64,000 bases of DNA, taken from positions 149,482,001-149,546,000 of the forward strand of contig NC_042998.1 of the NCBI RefSeq assembly GCF_006345805.1, in the 5' to 3' direction. This DNA is from Octopus sinensis (taxonomy: Eukaryota). Under the pieces are notes generated by a model. The model saw nothing but the letters and a program-made list of their open reading frames with translations. It was not told where the DNA came from and did no database searches. Positions 50,900 through 64,000 of this stretch are shown one piece after another. A program made the translations under genes and the position numbers. How positions within the stretch are numbered: position 1 is the stretch's first letter; the number at the start of each line of letters is the position of its first letter.

Positions 50900-51600
50900 G
50901 AATTATACTTTGTGGAGTTAACACCGAAGATATCACCCACATCATTAGCAGTGATGTCATCACGATATTATCTACCGATGAGTCAGTCATACTCCGGTTA
51001 GGACATTGTAAAACGAGATCCGTCGAAAGGATAACCCTGAGGACATAGAAATAAGAACTCACAGTATGGTGAAAGCCATAGCCACTCATAATAAAAAGAA
51101 GTATTGGTGGAATGTCCCAGTGAAAACTTCAATAAAATGTAAACACAATACACTTGATATATTTGGGACGGAGAAGAGAAACTGTGTACAGTTGTGGAAA
51201 TTAGCTGCCCAGCGGATGTTAACATAAAGCTGAAGATAAGTGAAAAAAAGGAATACCTATGCTGAGCTATTGAGAAATCTGCAGTTACGCTATCCAGATT
51301 ACAAGTTCAGGTTTATAGATGAAATTATTGGGGCCCTGGGATATGTAGCACACTGCTTAAATACCAATCTTGGGAAATTAAGCTTCTCAAAACCAGAGAG
51401 GAGAAAGCTGATTCAAAGACTACAGATCCAATCCATCACTAGAACTGTAAAAATCTAAAACTTTACGGAGGTTTATCATTTAAGTATATATGAGTATGTC
51501 TAGATATGCAACAATATGAATGAGAATACATATGTAAAACGAAACTTACAACTCTGCACTATACATACATATGTATTTCTTTACTACCTATTTCATTATT
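50900..51600 (+). mobile_element. 3' fragment of a REL-type LINE (R2/R4 group)
   Basis: EDITHIISS..SRYYLPM zinc-knuckle region, YWWNVPVK, VVEISCPADVN, TYAELLRNLQ..IIGALGYV. Confidence 0.7.
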
Positions 51601-52048
51601 ACCCACAAGGGGCTAAACACAGAGGGGACAAACAAGGACAGACATAGGTATTAAGTCGATTACATCGACCCCAGTGCGTAACTGGTACTTAATTTATCGA
51701 CCCCGAAAGGATGAAAGGCAAAGTCGACCTCGGCGGAACTTGAACTCACAACGTAACGCAGACGAAATACCGCTAAGCATTCCGCCCGGCGTGCTAACGT
51801 TTCTGCCAGTTCGCCGCCTTTCTTTACTACCCACAAGGGGCTAAACACAGAGGAGACAAACAAGGACAGGCAAAGGGATTAAGTCGATTACATCGACCCC
51901 AGTGCGTAACTGGTACTTAATTTATCGACCCCGGAAGGATGAAAGGCAAAGTCGACCTCGGCGGAATTTGAACTCGGAACGTAACGGCTGACGAAATACG
52001 GCAACGCATTTCGCCCGGCGTGCTAACGTTTCTGCCAGCTCGCCGCCT
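51590..52048 (-). mobile_element. Two head-to-tail copies of a tRNA-derived SINE
   Basis: Two ~230 bp units (ggcggcgagctggcagaaacgttagcacgccggg ... ccccttgtgggta) in direct tandem. Confidence 0.9.
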
Positions 52049-52358
52049 TACATACATACATGCATGCATGCATGCATGCATGCATACGTACGTAGTACTT
52101 ACGTACATACATACATACATACATACATACATACATACATACATACATACCTACCTACATACATACATACATACATACATACATACATACATACATACAT
52201 ACATACATGCATGCATGCATTTATGCATGCATACATACATACATACATACATGCATACATACATACATACATACATACATACATACATGCATACATACAT
52301 ACATACATACATACATACATACATACATACATACATACATACATACATACATACATAC
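52049..52358. repeat. (TACA)n tetranucleotide microsatellite
   Basis: Directly visible. Confidence 0.95.
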
Positions 52359-52949
52359 AAAAATAGCTTGTTGTCGATAGTGAAATTCCAATGAATGAGC
52401 CTTGGATTTAAGTTAGAAACTGTCTCATTAGCAAGAAAGCTTGAAATAAAACTGAAAAATGAAATACATATATACTTAAATAATATAAATAGAGTGAGAT
52501 CAATAAGAGAAAATGGACTGAATGACATTTTAAAATTTCATACAATTATTTCCTCACATCTACACTAAACCCATTGACAAAATGACAATTTAGTTTAGTG
52601 TTGTTTTCAAATTGCTGAAACTAGCACACTGTACAGAGTGAAATGGAAGTTCTGATCTAACGAAGGACTTATTTAAAATAATCACCCGAAGAAGCACGTT
52701 TTAGATCATTGGAAATACAAGAAAAAAATCAAGAAAAATCAGACATCCCTACCGTCCCGCCCTTCTCGCCCCTACGCTGAACCCCCTCCTTTCATCAATT
52801 TGTACATCAGCAACTCCCATTCTACCCACAGTACAGACACCTCCTCCATCCGAGCTTCCCCAGCCCTGTGTATCTACCCCCTTCTCTCTCGTCACTTCAC
52901 TTCAATTCAAGTGCGTTTGTTCGTGTTTAAGAGTAATGGGGTGTAGTGT

Positions 52950-54060
52950 GGATGGCGGTGATTGTGCTGCTCGTCGTGGTGATGGTATTTCGTGATGGCG
53001 ACGATTGTGGTCGTGGTGACTGTGGTTGTTCTGGTGATGGTGGTAGTGTGATTTGGTAGCTGTGGATTGATATTCGTGGTAAAGATTTTTTGTGATGGTA
53101 GTGATGGTGGTGATAGTGGTGGTGGTAGTTGTACCGGTGTCAGCCTTGACAGAGGAGGTAGTGGTGGTGGTAGACATGGTAACAGTGGTGTAGAGTATAA
53201 TGATGGTGGTTGTGATGGTGGAGATGGTAACGGAATGGGAGTGACGTGATGGTGTGTCGATGTTCCTTGCGGAAATCCCAGGTCAGTTTTGATCGTGAAA
53301 AGTCGAAGGTCAAAAGCTTTCCAACCGTGACCATACTGCTGTGTTTGGTGAGGGTTATCTTAGAAAAGTTTATTTAATTGTGTCCAGTGAGATTTTATTT
53401 CAGGAAGGGATTTAGTTGCTATTTCTAGTAGCTTGAGCGACAACTTTGAAGCACAGTGATGTTACTGGTGGTAGTGAAGTTATTTGTTTTTTACGAGATT
53501 CAAGGAGAGTGGGGAGAGTGCCGAAGTAGTGATGGTAGTGATGGTCAATGATGCTAGTGGCTTCGGTAGCGGTGGAGGTGGTGACGGTAGTGGTGGTGAT
53601 GGTGGTAGTGGTGGTCGTGGTTGTGGTGATTGTGGTGGTTGCTATGGTAGGGGTGGCGGCAGGTGGAGTACAGAAAAGATGGGGAGGCTCTAGTGGTTAT
53701 AGATATGATAGTAGTGGTAGCGGTTAGAGGTGGGGGAGTAGTAATGATTGTGGCGGTGCTTGTGGTGATGGTGCTTGGGAGGGGGGTGTTAGATGTGTAG
53801 GTGGTTATAGGAGTAGGAGTGATGATGGCTTTGGTGGGGGAACTGTAATCTATCATGGTAGTGGTGGCGGCGGTGGGAGTAGTGACAGGTATTATGGTAG
53901 TGGTGGTGGTAGTTGTGATCTTCGTTGAAGTAATGTCCATGTTGATAATGGCGATATGAATGGAGGTGGTGGTGGCAGCGGTGATGGTGGAGGTGATGAT
54001 AGTGGTGATGGTGGCTGTGATGGTGGACGGGTGTACAAAAGTGAATTAATGGGAGATGGA
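52950..54060. repeat. Degenerate (GGT)n low-complexity arrays with an embedded repeat fragment
   Basis: Directly visible; ...gctatttctag... fragment near 53410-53440 resembles 33370-33400. Confidence 0.8.
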
Positions 54061-54524
54061 GGAGAGAAAGGCGGCAGCCAGACAGACACATCTAGTGAGA
54101 CAGATATGGTGAGGTGAAAGAGGAGAGAAAAACAGAGCTAGAGTAAGAGACGGAGAAAGACGGAGCTTTAGACTGAAAAGAAACCGTTAACACACAAAGA
54201 GAAGAGCGAGGAATCATAGAGAGGGGGAGGGATTGAGAGAAAAGAGAAATAAGGAGAGAGGGAATGTGAATGAAAAGAAACAAGCATATTCAGAAAGAGA
54301 CAGATACAAGGAGGATGAAAAGGGGAAAAAGGGGAATGACAAAAAGAGTGATAGTGTTTGTATGAGAGAGAGAGAGAGAGGGGGGAGAGAGAGTCAAAAG
54401 AAATGGTGGAGAAGGAGGAGGAGCGTGAGGCGGAGACACTCCCCTCCTTCTGCCTCTATTTCAGACATGATGTATAAATAAATAAAGACGTGGACTGACA
54501 GACGTTGGTCGATGGATGGGTGTA

Positions 54525-54587
<63 letters not shown>

Positions 54588-55018
54588 GTGTGGTAGCTGC
54601 TGCTATGTACATATTTGTTGTTCGTTGTAGATATATGTATAAGTTTCTCTGTGTGTGCACTATGCGTTAACACACACATACACACACGTTGGTGTAAGCG
54701 TGTGTGTGATTGTGTAGTTTATGTATGTGTTGCGTGTCCCCCTGTATGGGTATCTTGCTCACGTATGCGTTTAAACATGATTATTTTTGTTTTCTGGCTT
54801 CACGTAATCTGCTATGTGTAGGTAATAGATGCTTATATATATATGTGTATATACTATATATATATATATATATATATAGATATATATATATATAAGTATA
54901 CTCTATATATATATATATACATATATATATATAGAGTATAGACCCACCACACATACTTAAATACTCATCATATATAGTATTATATATATATATATATATA
55001 CTATATACAATACATACC

Positions 55019-55063
<45 letters not shown>

Positions 55064-55557
55064 ATATATATATATATATATGATATATATGTGGTGTGTA
55101 TATGTCTAAGTATATGAATTTTTATTAAATAATATTTTTTAAGTCTACGTGCACACGCACACACACATGCATACATACACTCACACACTCACGCACACAC
55201 ATACTTAGCAAAATAACTCGAACACTAAAAATATAGTATGTTGCAGCAACATTGTTTTGTAGACAGTATTTTTTTTATTGTTTGTGTGTGTATGTGTGTG
55301 AAGATGTGTAAGTCCGTGTGAATATGTATGAGTGTATGCTGTATGTCTGAATTTGTGTGCATGTAATAATTAAGATAACAGTAAGCGGGATTAATTATTT
55401 CCTACATTCCGTACGTTTCAATGCTACAGTTTTGTGACCATCATCTCTTCAGAATACAAATTGTAATATGAATATGTGTGCTTCTATGTGTGTTTGCGTG
55501 TGTGTATGTGTGTGAAATAAATAAATAAAAAAGGAAAGAAAGTGATACGTGTACACA

Positions 55558-55800
55558 CAGAGATTGGAGAAAATAATGGAGTAGGACCACCTTTGGCAGT
55601 AATTACAGTTTGAATTCTACGAGGTATGGACTTGTACAAATTTTGAATTTTTTCCAAAGGAATATTTGTCCATTCATCAGCTAAAACAGTCTCCACTTGG
55701 TGATTATGGTGGAAGATATCGACTCCTCACTTGTTTTTCTAAAATTCACCATAAATGTTCAATAATATTGAGATCTGAGGACTGTGGTGGCCAGATAGAG
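55558..55800 (-). mobile_element. Tc1 transposase C-terminal remnant with right TIR remnant
   Basis: WPPQSSDLNIIEHLW, EWTNIPLEKIQNLYKSIPRRIQTVITAKGGPTP; TIR-like cagagattggagaaaataatgg. Confidence 0.8.
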
Positions 55801-57180
55801 TCCAAGGTAGCTTCATAGATGATGGTCTCGGACATGCAAGCTCCATTTAGCGGGCACAATTTTTTAATTCCTGCATGAACAGCTGTTTTCGCGTTGTGGT
55901 TTTTGTGTATTATGTGCGATTATATTTTTTAAATTGGTAGTTGAACTAAAACTAATTTTTAAATTGTATTTATTGAAGAGCTTCCTGTAAGTAAGGTTAA
56001 CTGGAAAATGTCTATTTATCAGAGCTAAGAAATATTTACCTATATTGAAGGTCACCTCGGTTGAGTAGGGAGGTGTGAACCAGATGATCTTCCTGTTTCT
56101 ATTTTTCCTCGTTTTTACTGTTGGGCTAGTAACAGGTGTATAGGTTATTTCTTCGCTAAAACCACTATCTTTTAGAGCCTTATTATATACTGGGGCAACG
56201 ATATTAGAAATGTCCTTATCGGAAGAGAGGCTAGAAATTCTCTACTAATAATTTAAACTAAATTTTTGAATACTATAGTGGGATGGCATGAACCTACATT
56301 AATATAACTAAGTCTATCATTGGGCTTCCTATAAGGCTTATAAATGTTCTTATTTAGATCTAAGGAAACGTCTAGGAAATTGACAACCGTCAGGTTAGTA
56401 TCTATAGTTATACTAAGTCCGAAGTTTTTCATTAAATGGATAATATCCTTCCTAAATCGATCTTGTGCTGGTCCATTTGTATTAACGGTTAAAGCGAGGG
56501 CATCATCTTTGTAGATGGTGAAATATACGTCAGGAAAGGTCTTACCTAATGTATCTAGTAGAAATAATCCAATAAGATCGCATATACCTGCTCCATCATA
56601 TGACCCCATCCTCACATCGAAAGCACCACTCTGCATTCTCGCTGAAAAGTAAGGTCTTTCTAGCATGGAAGATTATATCCTTATCTTGTGTACTGATTTC
56701 TATGAAATCGCTAGCGAAGACGAGGGCTTTATCTAGCAGTTCTTTAGAGATAGAGGCATAAAAGTCAACAATATCGAATTGTGTAAACCTCGCTTTTTTC
56801 TTATTCTCAGTGGTTTTAAACCAGTCTACGACTTCTATACTATTGGACCGCCTAGTAGCGGTCTTAATTTTCGTTCTGACTTAGCTGGGTTGATAAGCCT
56901 ACATTTAGGGTTGGATATGAAGTTCTCTTTATGGTCTATGATTGTAATAAAGGCCTCGTTTTTGGGAAGGACTTCTATTTTTTTATCTAATTTAAATCTA
57001 GCGGCGATAACGATAGCTTCTTTATTAATTTCAATATAGGTCTGTGGCCTAGCCTTGGTGTAATTATTAATGATGCTGTTGAGTGAAAGTTGTGAATATT
57101 TGCTGTTATCTACCAGGTACAAGTTCTTGGTTTTGTCCGAAAAAAGTGCTTTTTCCTTGGAGCTTTTTATATATTTTATA
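55801..57180 (-). mobile_element. Decayed Penelope-like element (probably Naiad), RT through Cys linker
   Basis: AFITIIDHKENF..NPKCRLINPAKSE, QFDIVDFY, FDVRMGSYDGA.ICDLIG, YKDD, NIGKYFL..HFP, CSCRN..CPLNGAC..IIYEAT. Confidence 0.85.
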
Positions 57181-57449
57181 TCTTTTTTTCAATTTGTGTT
57201 GAAAATTGTGCGTTGGTGAAAAATGCGAGTGAAGATGTGTACATTTTCATAGTGATGTATACGTACGCACATGGTGCGCAAGCGCACATGTATGCGTATG
57301 AGCAGGCATGCTTAGGTGTTTACTAAGAACTTTTAACCTTATTTTAATTAGCGGTCATTGAATTAACGCTTTTATATAAGTAGCGGACTATAACACAGTA
57401 ATTTCCCTTTGTATAACGGTCTTTTTTCATAGCATTTTTCAGATGGCCA

Positions 57450-57510
57450 GATAACCGAAGAGATGGTGTTGTGGATTTCCACCTCGGCATCCGAAACTCA
57501 AAGTTTTATC
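57450..57510 (+). ncRNA. Type I hammerhead-like motif, variant core CCGAAGA, antisense to the adjacent Penelope ORF
   Basis: GATAA-CCGAAGA-GATG...CATC-C-GAAA-CT-caa-AG-TT-TTATC; perfect 5-bp helix I. Confidence 0.6.
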
Positions 57511-57614
57511 TTGGCTACCGAATAATTGTCACATATTATTTTACAAATAAATTTCCTCTATTTACATAATATTGAGGTCTCTTCCGTTCTTTTGTTATCT
57601 TAACGTTTTTACCA

Positions 57615-57676
<62 letters not shown>

Positions 57677-60093
57677 ATGTATGTATGTATGTATGTATGC
57701 ATGTATGTACGTATGTATGTATGTATGTATGTATGTATGTATGTATGTATGATGTATGTATGTATGTATGCATGTATGTATACACACACACACAGACACA
57801 CATAAACATATGTAAGCACAAGTGCAAGATACGGTAGAGAAAATAATACTCGAATGCCTAAAGTAGAGTATTCTATTGCCAGTATTTCGTGTAACCGTTT
57901 GTCTGAAAAACTGTTACATTCGTACTTACAAACAAACATACATAGATATATGTATGTATATGGTATGCTCGTGTATGAGTATATTTGTGCCTATGTATCC
58001 GTTTGTGTATGCATTATAATAAGCTTTACTCTTTTATTATTCGATGAATATTTGGGTTATGCGCTGACAGAATCTGTTCAAATTCCTCTGGGGTCAACTT
58101 TGGCTTTCATCCCTCCAGGATCGATAATACAAAGTATCAGTCAAGGACTGTGATCGAGGGTATCGACTAACTCTATTTCCCCCAAATTTCAGGCCTTGTG
58201 CCTTTAGTACAAAGAATTATTTTGATGAATATTTATTCTTTATTTTCCATTAATTTTCCCTAATGTACGTTTTCAGGTATGTTATATTGTAGCTACGATT
58301 ATTTTCGAGTGTCTTGTTTGTATATTGTTGTTCCTACTTCCTTCCTTGTCTGTCATGTTTATCTTGGCACAATAGCATCCCTAAATCCTTAATTCTATCA
58401 ACGCTTCGACACTTTTACAATCTCAACTTCAAAAATAATCTGAGTGACGGTATGCTGTTTACGCGCTTTGCCGCTTGTCGTTAAGTATGTTCGGAAGAAT
58501 TTTATAACCGATAACGTCCTCAACAAAGAATTTAGACTTATATAACTATATTAGATTTTATGCGTGATGTATCTAATGTATCTATGTGGCTTTGTATGTT
58601 GCTGCCAGTAAAGTTTCCACAGTCGATTCTTCGCATACTTTTATGTAATTCTATATCATGTAAACTTGTCAACTAGTGGTTTTCCAGTCAATTTATTTTG
58701 CAAGTTATGACGGTTGATAGTGAATCCTTGTTGTAAATGTATGGTTAACCGACGAGGAAGTGTCGTGCTTGTGTATTTGATTTAACAGTTTGAGTCAAGA
58801 AGTTTACAACTCTATGTTTACATTGAAATTTGTATGTTGCTTTGGTTGCCTGCAGCACGTTCTGAGGCTTGTTGTTCCATGGTTTTGTGTTGATAAAGAG
58901 ATTGTTCACTCCGGCGTTATTGTAATATAGTCTAACTACGAGTATATCGTTAGGTGTAATACAGGCTAGGTTTTATTTTACAGAGACTTTTAATGATATA
59001 TTTATCAATATTATATATGAAGTGTACTTGGTTCTTATAAATTGCAGTATATGTGGTTCGTGTAGCATACTGAAGAAGACATAAGACATTCCAACCATGC
59101 TCACTGTTTTATTTTTATCTAAACATACCATGCATTGTTCAAAAGCTCCTTCCATTTTAAGGTACTAAGCTCTCTAGCTTTCTGTATCATTCTCTCTCAT
59201 ACCTCTCTCTCCCTCCCTCCCTCTCTTTTCCCTCCATCTTCCCCCCTCTCTCTCTCTTTCTCCCTCTTTATTATTGTAGCGTCAGTAAGTGCCGCCTTTC
59301 CAGATTCGTTGTCCAGTTTTTTTAATAAATTCGATGTGCCGCTCGAACAAATTACGCCCATGTTGAGTTTAACAAATTTTACATTACTATACATACGTGC
59401 ATGCAAGTGTTTGTCTGTTTTGTGTGTGTGTGTGTGTGTAGCCAATAGCAATGCTTAGATTTTGACCATGTATGCTATTACTGCTTACAATGATAAACTG
59501 AACGAAAAAGGCCCATGCTGGTTGGAGAGTTTACAGTGAAACATCTGTTGTCAATTGGACGTCTTACTGAGTCTACCTTCTGCAATACATTTCCAATGTA
59601 AACCCTAAACATTATCCAGCGGACGAAGTGAAAACGAGTTCGAATTGTTGAATGGAAAACGTCGACGACCCGTTACAATAAACTTAGGGTGCTTAATTTA
59701 AAAGTAGCCATAGATGCAGGCGTAGCTGTTTGATTAAGAAGCTTCTTAACCACGTAGTTTCGGGTTAAGTTCCACTGCGCGACAACATGGACTAGTATTT
59801 TCTACTATAGCCTCATGCCTTGTAAGTGAATTTGGTTGACGGAAACTCCGTGGAAGCCCGTCGTGTACATGATATCAGATTTTTCAAAAAATAGCAAGTA
59901 CTTGCATTGAGTTTTGCGACTAAAACTCTTCAATGTGATACACCACCATGACTGCAGTTTAATAGTTAGCAACATAATCCCACATCCACGCTTGTATATG
60001 TATGCATGTATGTATGTATGTGAGTGTGCATGTCACTGGTTGCGCTCTTATTATATGTGTGTGTATGAGTGTATGTGTTTTCTCTCTATTGCC

Positions 60094-60170
<77 letters not shown>

Positions 60171-60214
60171 ATATATATACATATATATATACATATATAT
60201 ACACTGTTTTACTT

Positions 60215-60614
60215 TTTTACTTGTTTCAGTAATTTGACTGTGACCATGCTGGAGCACCGCCTTTAGTCGAGCAAATTGACCCCAGAACTTATTCTTTGTA
60301 AGACTAGTACTTATTCTATCGGTCTCTTTTGCCGAACCACTAAGCTACAAGGACGCAAACACACCAGCATCGGTTGTCAAGCGATGTTGGGTGGACAAAT
60401 ACAGATACACAACCATATACACACACACATATATATATATATATACATATATACGACGGGCTTCTTTCAGTTTCCGTCTATCAAATCCACTCACAAGGCT
60501 TTGGTAGACCCGAGGCTATAGTAGAAGACATTTGCCCAAGGTACCACACAGTGGGACTGAACCAGGAAGCATATGGTTGGTAAGCAAGCTACTTACCACA
60601 CAGCCATTCCTTCG

Positions 60615-60620
<6 letters not shown>
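60215..60620 (-). mobile_element. tRNA-derived SINE, full length
   Basis: Complete head, internal (TA)n and tail. Confidence 0.9.
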
Positions 60621-60659
<39 letters not shown>

Positions 60660-60950
60660 GTGGAGGCGCAATGGCCTAGTGGTTAGGGCAGCGGACTCGC
60701 GGTCGTAGGATCGCGGTTTCGATTCCCAGATCGGGCGTTGTGAGTGTTTATTGAGCGAAAACACCTAAAAGCTCCACGATGCTCCGGCAGGGGGTGGTGA
60801 TCCCTGCTATACTCTTTCAACACTCTTTATCTCACTCCTCTGTTGGCCTGCTCGCTTAGCCAACGGGGCGGCGTCATTCGAAGGCTAAAATCAATGCGAA
60901 CGCATTGTGACGAGCGATGCGTAAAACATCTGATGGTCTGGTCGGTCACG
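60660..60950 (+). mobile_element. Third tRNA-derived SINE family
   Basis: A box (tggcctagtgg) and B-box-like ggtttcgattcc in a tRNA-like head; no tRNA 3' acceptor stem, followed by SINE body. Confidence 0.75.
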
Positions 60951-63139
60951 TGATATATATATATATATTGTATATCAAGTCCAAGCGCATTTGCATCCTT
61001 ATCTCCATATCAACATACCTGGATTCCCTTTATAGCCCCTCTTTACCCTACGGACTTGGTCCTCGGCAAACGTTTCGGAGTGTAAATTCAAATCATTTTC
61101 GCACAATAAAATATTTTCTATTTTGAGAATCTCTGGATCTCATCTGTTGACTCTACATACATACACACGTACGTACGTACATACACACACACACACACAC
61201 ACACGCACACACACACACATATATATATATATGCACACACGTATAAATGTATACATATACTTACATATGTATACATACACAGATACATAAATAAGTTTAT
61301 AGATATATGCAAATATATATAAATGCCACCATATACATGCATGCGCACATGTACATATCTACTAAAGATTGTTAAATCATGACGTGACATCAAACAAAAC
61401 ATTAAACCTCATTATTAATTACATGTTAATTACGCCAGACATCATATGACGTCATCAGATTTAAGTAAACAAACTTAGTCACACTGTATAGTTTGGCACA
61501 AATGAAAACTGAAATTAATGAATACATTGTGTTATTGGGATCTGGAACATTGTTGTTTCGAGCCTTCGTAGATCCTACTTAGTAACCGTGTGCTTATGTC
61601 ACGTGATGTCTGTTCTATGCTCTGACAATTTATATACATTTCATTAACGTATATGTATATATATATATATATATATATTTACCGGAAAGTGATTGAAGTT
61701 AATATACGTGTATGTGTGCGCGCGTGTGTGAATATATGCGTAACTACATAGGAAAACCTGTAATAGAGAGCAAATGTAAGCATGGTAATACACATTAAAA
61801 TTATAGAATAAGATGGATAATAGACATATGCAATCTTAAGGGAAGTAGCCGCTTAGAAACGATAAAAAGATCTGCGATGAACACGTGTCACACACCTGTA
61901 GCTGTCCGAGCTGTTAACTGGAAACAGAATTCTTTACCTTCACTGCAGAAGAGCGCAGTGTCAACATCAGAGACTGTGAGAAAACATTTGTGAATATAAC
62001 AACAGTTTTGGAGATGTTACATATGTGGAATTCATGGGGACTGGAGTTACAACTGGAAAGATGGTGTTAACAACGAATACAGGCATAGCAGCAGAACAGC
62101 TGGAAAATATATAAGCATTATCACAGCTCTTCCTCAAATAAATAGTTGGAAATATTTCACCCGTTTAAGTTGGAATACCTGGGTGGAGAAATCATTGGTT
62201 TACTACATCAAGGGGCTTCACTTGGAATTTATTGCTACAGTTTTTCTTGAGTTTCTTATTAGAATGTTTTTATTACTATTTTAACTCAGTCAAGACGGCA
62301 GACTGGCTGAGTCGTTTAGGCGTCTGACGTAATTTTTTTATGTTAATTAATGTTCTGAGTTCAAATCATACCGATGCTAACTTTGCCTTTTATCATTCTG
62401 GGGTTCATAGAATAAAGAACTACAGGTATCGTGTCTAAATCAAAAGTCGTTATTATTTTCAAACTCATTTGTGCAGAATCGTAACAGGCGTCGAATAAAA
62501 TGCCGTGCGGTATTTCCTTCAGCATTTTACGTTGTGACTTCGAATAATTCCGAAGATGACTGTGCCTTTTATTCTTTCAGAGTCAATGAAATAAAGTATC
62601 AGTGAAGTACTGGGATCGACCTATTCGCCTTAACGTTCCCATCAAAATTTGTGCCTCAATTCTTTCGACATTAGGCATCAATTATTTTAAAGATAACAAA
62701 ATCTTAATTATTGAATGACAAAGGAACGAGAATTACAATCAACTGCATTAGCTTACGGCTGTTTCTATTGTAAGAAGCAATGCACTCAAAGCTTAGTGCT
62801 TCTGCAAAATCTTTTTACTTTCTCGGAGACAATACATAATATGAAGAGCTGATTTTGTTCACACTACTGCGTGAAATTTCAGATCTCCAGTCTCAACTCA
62901 TAAATTACTATTCAGTCTTAAAACGTAGTGCAACGTTTTTATGATGGTATCTAAAGTTACACTGTATAACGTAGTATTTAGATATAAGGAATCTGAAAAA
63001 TACCATCAACTATTATTATTCATATAGAGAGAAGAAAATTAATTGGGCTCTTACTCTGGAGGAAGAAGACGCGGTCTTTGGTACTGTGTAGTGTACATGT
63101 TTATGTATGTAAGCATGTATGCGTTTATAAATGCATATG

Positions 63140-63173
<34 letters not shown>

Positions 63174-63175
63174 TA

Positions 63176-63227
<52 letters not shown>

Positions 63228-63260
63228 TATATATTATATATATACATACATATATATATA

Positions 63261-63305
<45 letters not shown>

Positions 63306-63822
63306 TACATACACGCACATAAATACATAAATATTTACATGTATGTATATCAAACTAATAGTGAAAGGCTTATAGCAGACAGTTAAAGGAGAGAGAAAAA
63401 AAGCAGCCATTGATATACAAGCCATATTTATATAAAGGCTCAGTACGATTCCAGCTTGAAAAGGTTGATATCGCTCTTTTAGAAAATGCCACGGTCAAAC
63501 AAAACAAAACTAGTTCTAATCTTATATGACAACCCCCCCCCCCCCAAAAAAAAAGAAAAAACAAAAAAAACTGGAAAATAGAAAAATAAAAGGGAAAAGA
63601 AAAGAAACAGGACGTACAAAAAAAAGTCGTGTCTTACGATTGAGAACAGAACGGAGGCTTAAGAAGAATAGAAAAATCACAAATGCACAAGCAGGGACAA
63701 AAAGAATAAACAAAAAGGGTATCTTTCGATTTAAGAGAGAAACAAACATGTGTGTTTGTGTATTATAGATACGTACATATGTGTGTGTGTGTATGTATAT
63801 GTGTATGTATATGTGTATATAT

Positions 63823-63854
<32 letters not shown>

Positions 63855-63877
63855 CACATATATATATACACACACAC

Positions 63878-63919
<42 letters not shown>

Positions 63920-64000
63920 TATATAAATCCTTAAATCCTTAAAAATGTTTTTGCCCGAAGGCCGCGGCCATGCTGGGGCACCACCGCTGAATGAGCTACA

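Noticed and set aside
60660-60735. tRNA gene
   Set aside because: The tRNA-like head has no 3' acceptor-stem complement and continues into a SINE body.

Overview
AT-rich, microsatellite-dense animal DNA with no recognisable host-gene exon. The SINE families and the (TA)n/(TACA)n/(GGT)n content point to an octopus genome; this is an inference from recognised repeats, not a database result. Nearly all short ORFs in the supplied track are translations of microsatellites. The real content is nested transposable elements. There are two Penelope-like retroelements of probable Naiad type, one keeping an uninterrupted 586-codon RT-thumb-GIY-YIG frame. There are also three APE-type LINE pieces, two of which show an ORF1 with a trihelix Myb/SANT-like domain plus tandem CCCH zinc fingers. 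Smaller remnants include R4/Dong-, Hero-, Tx1/L1- and RTE-like LINEs, four mariner relics, a Tc1 relic, non-autonomous Helitrons and many tRNA-derived SINEs. The most notable signals are these. (1) There are at least eight hammerhead-ribozyme motifs in Penelope-type terminal-repeat modules sitting in (TA)n tracts. Three have a canonical core, while others repeatedly carry non-canonical cores (CUGUNGA in three copies, CAGUCGA, CCGAAGA) on intact helices. (2) At 3.9-8.8 kb a LINE 5' half (ORF1 + APE endonuclease) is joined on the same strand to a Penelope 3' half (partial RT + GIY-YIG + hammerhead), with (TA)n on both outer flanks. (3) The dominant SINE shares its 3' tail with the APE LINE. (4) Local foldback duplications of element ends recur across the window. 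Element boundaries are approximate and all structures were read by eye.
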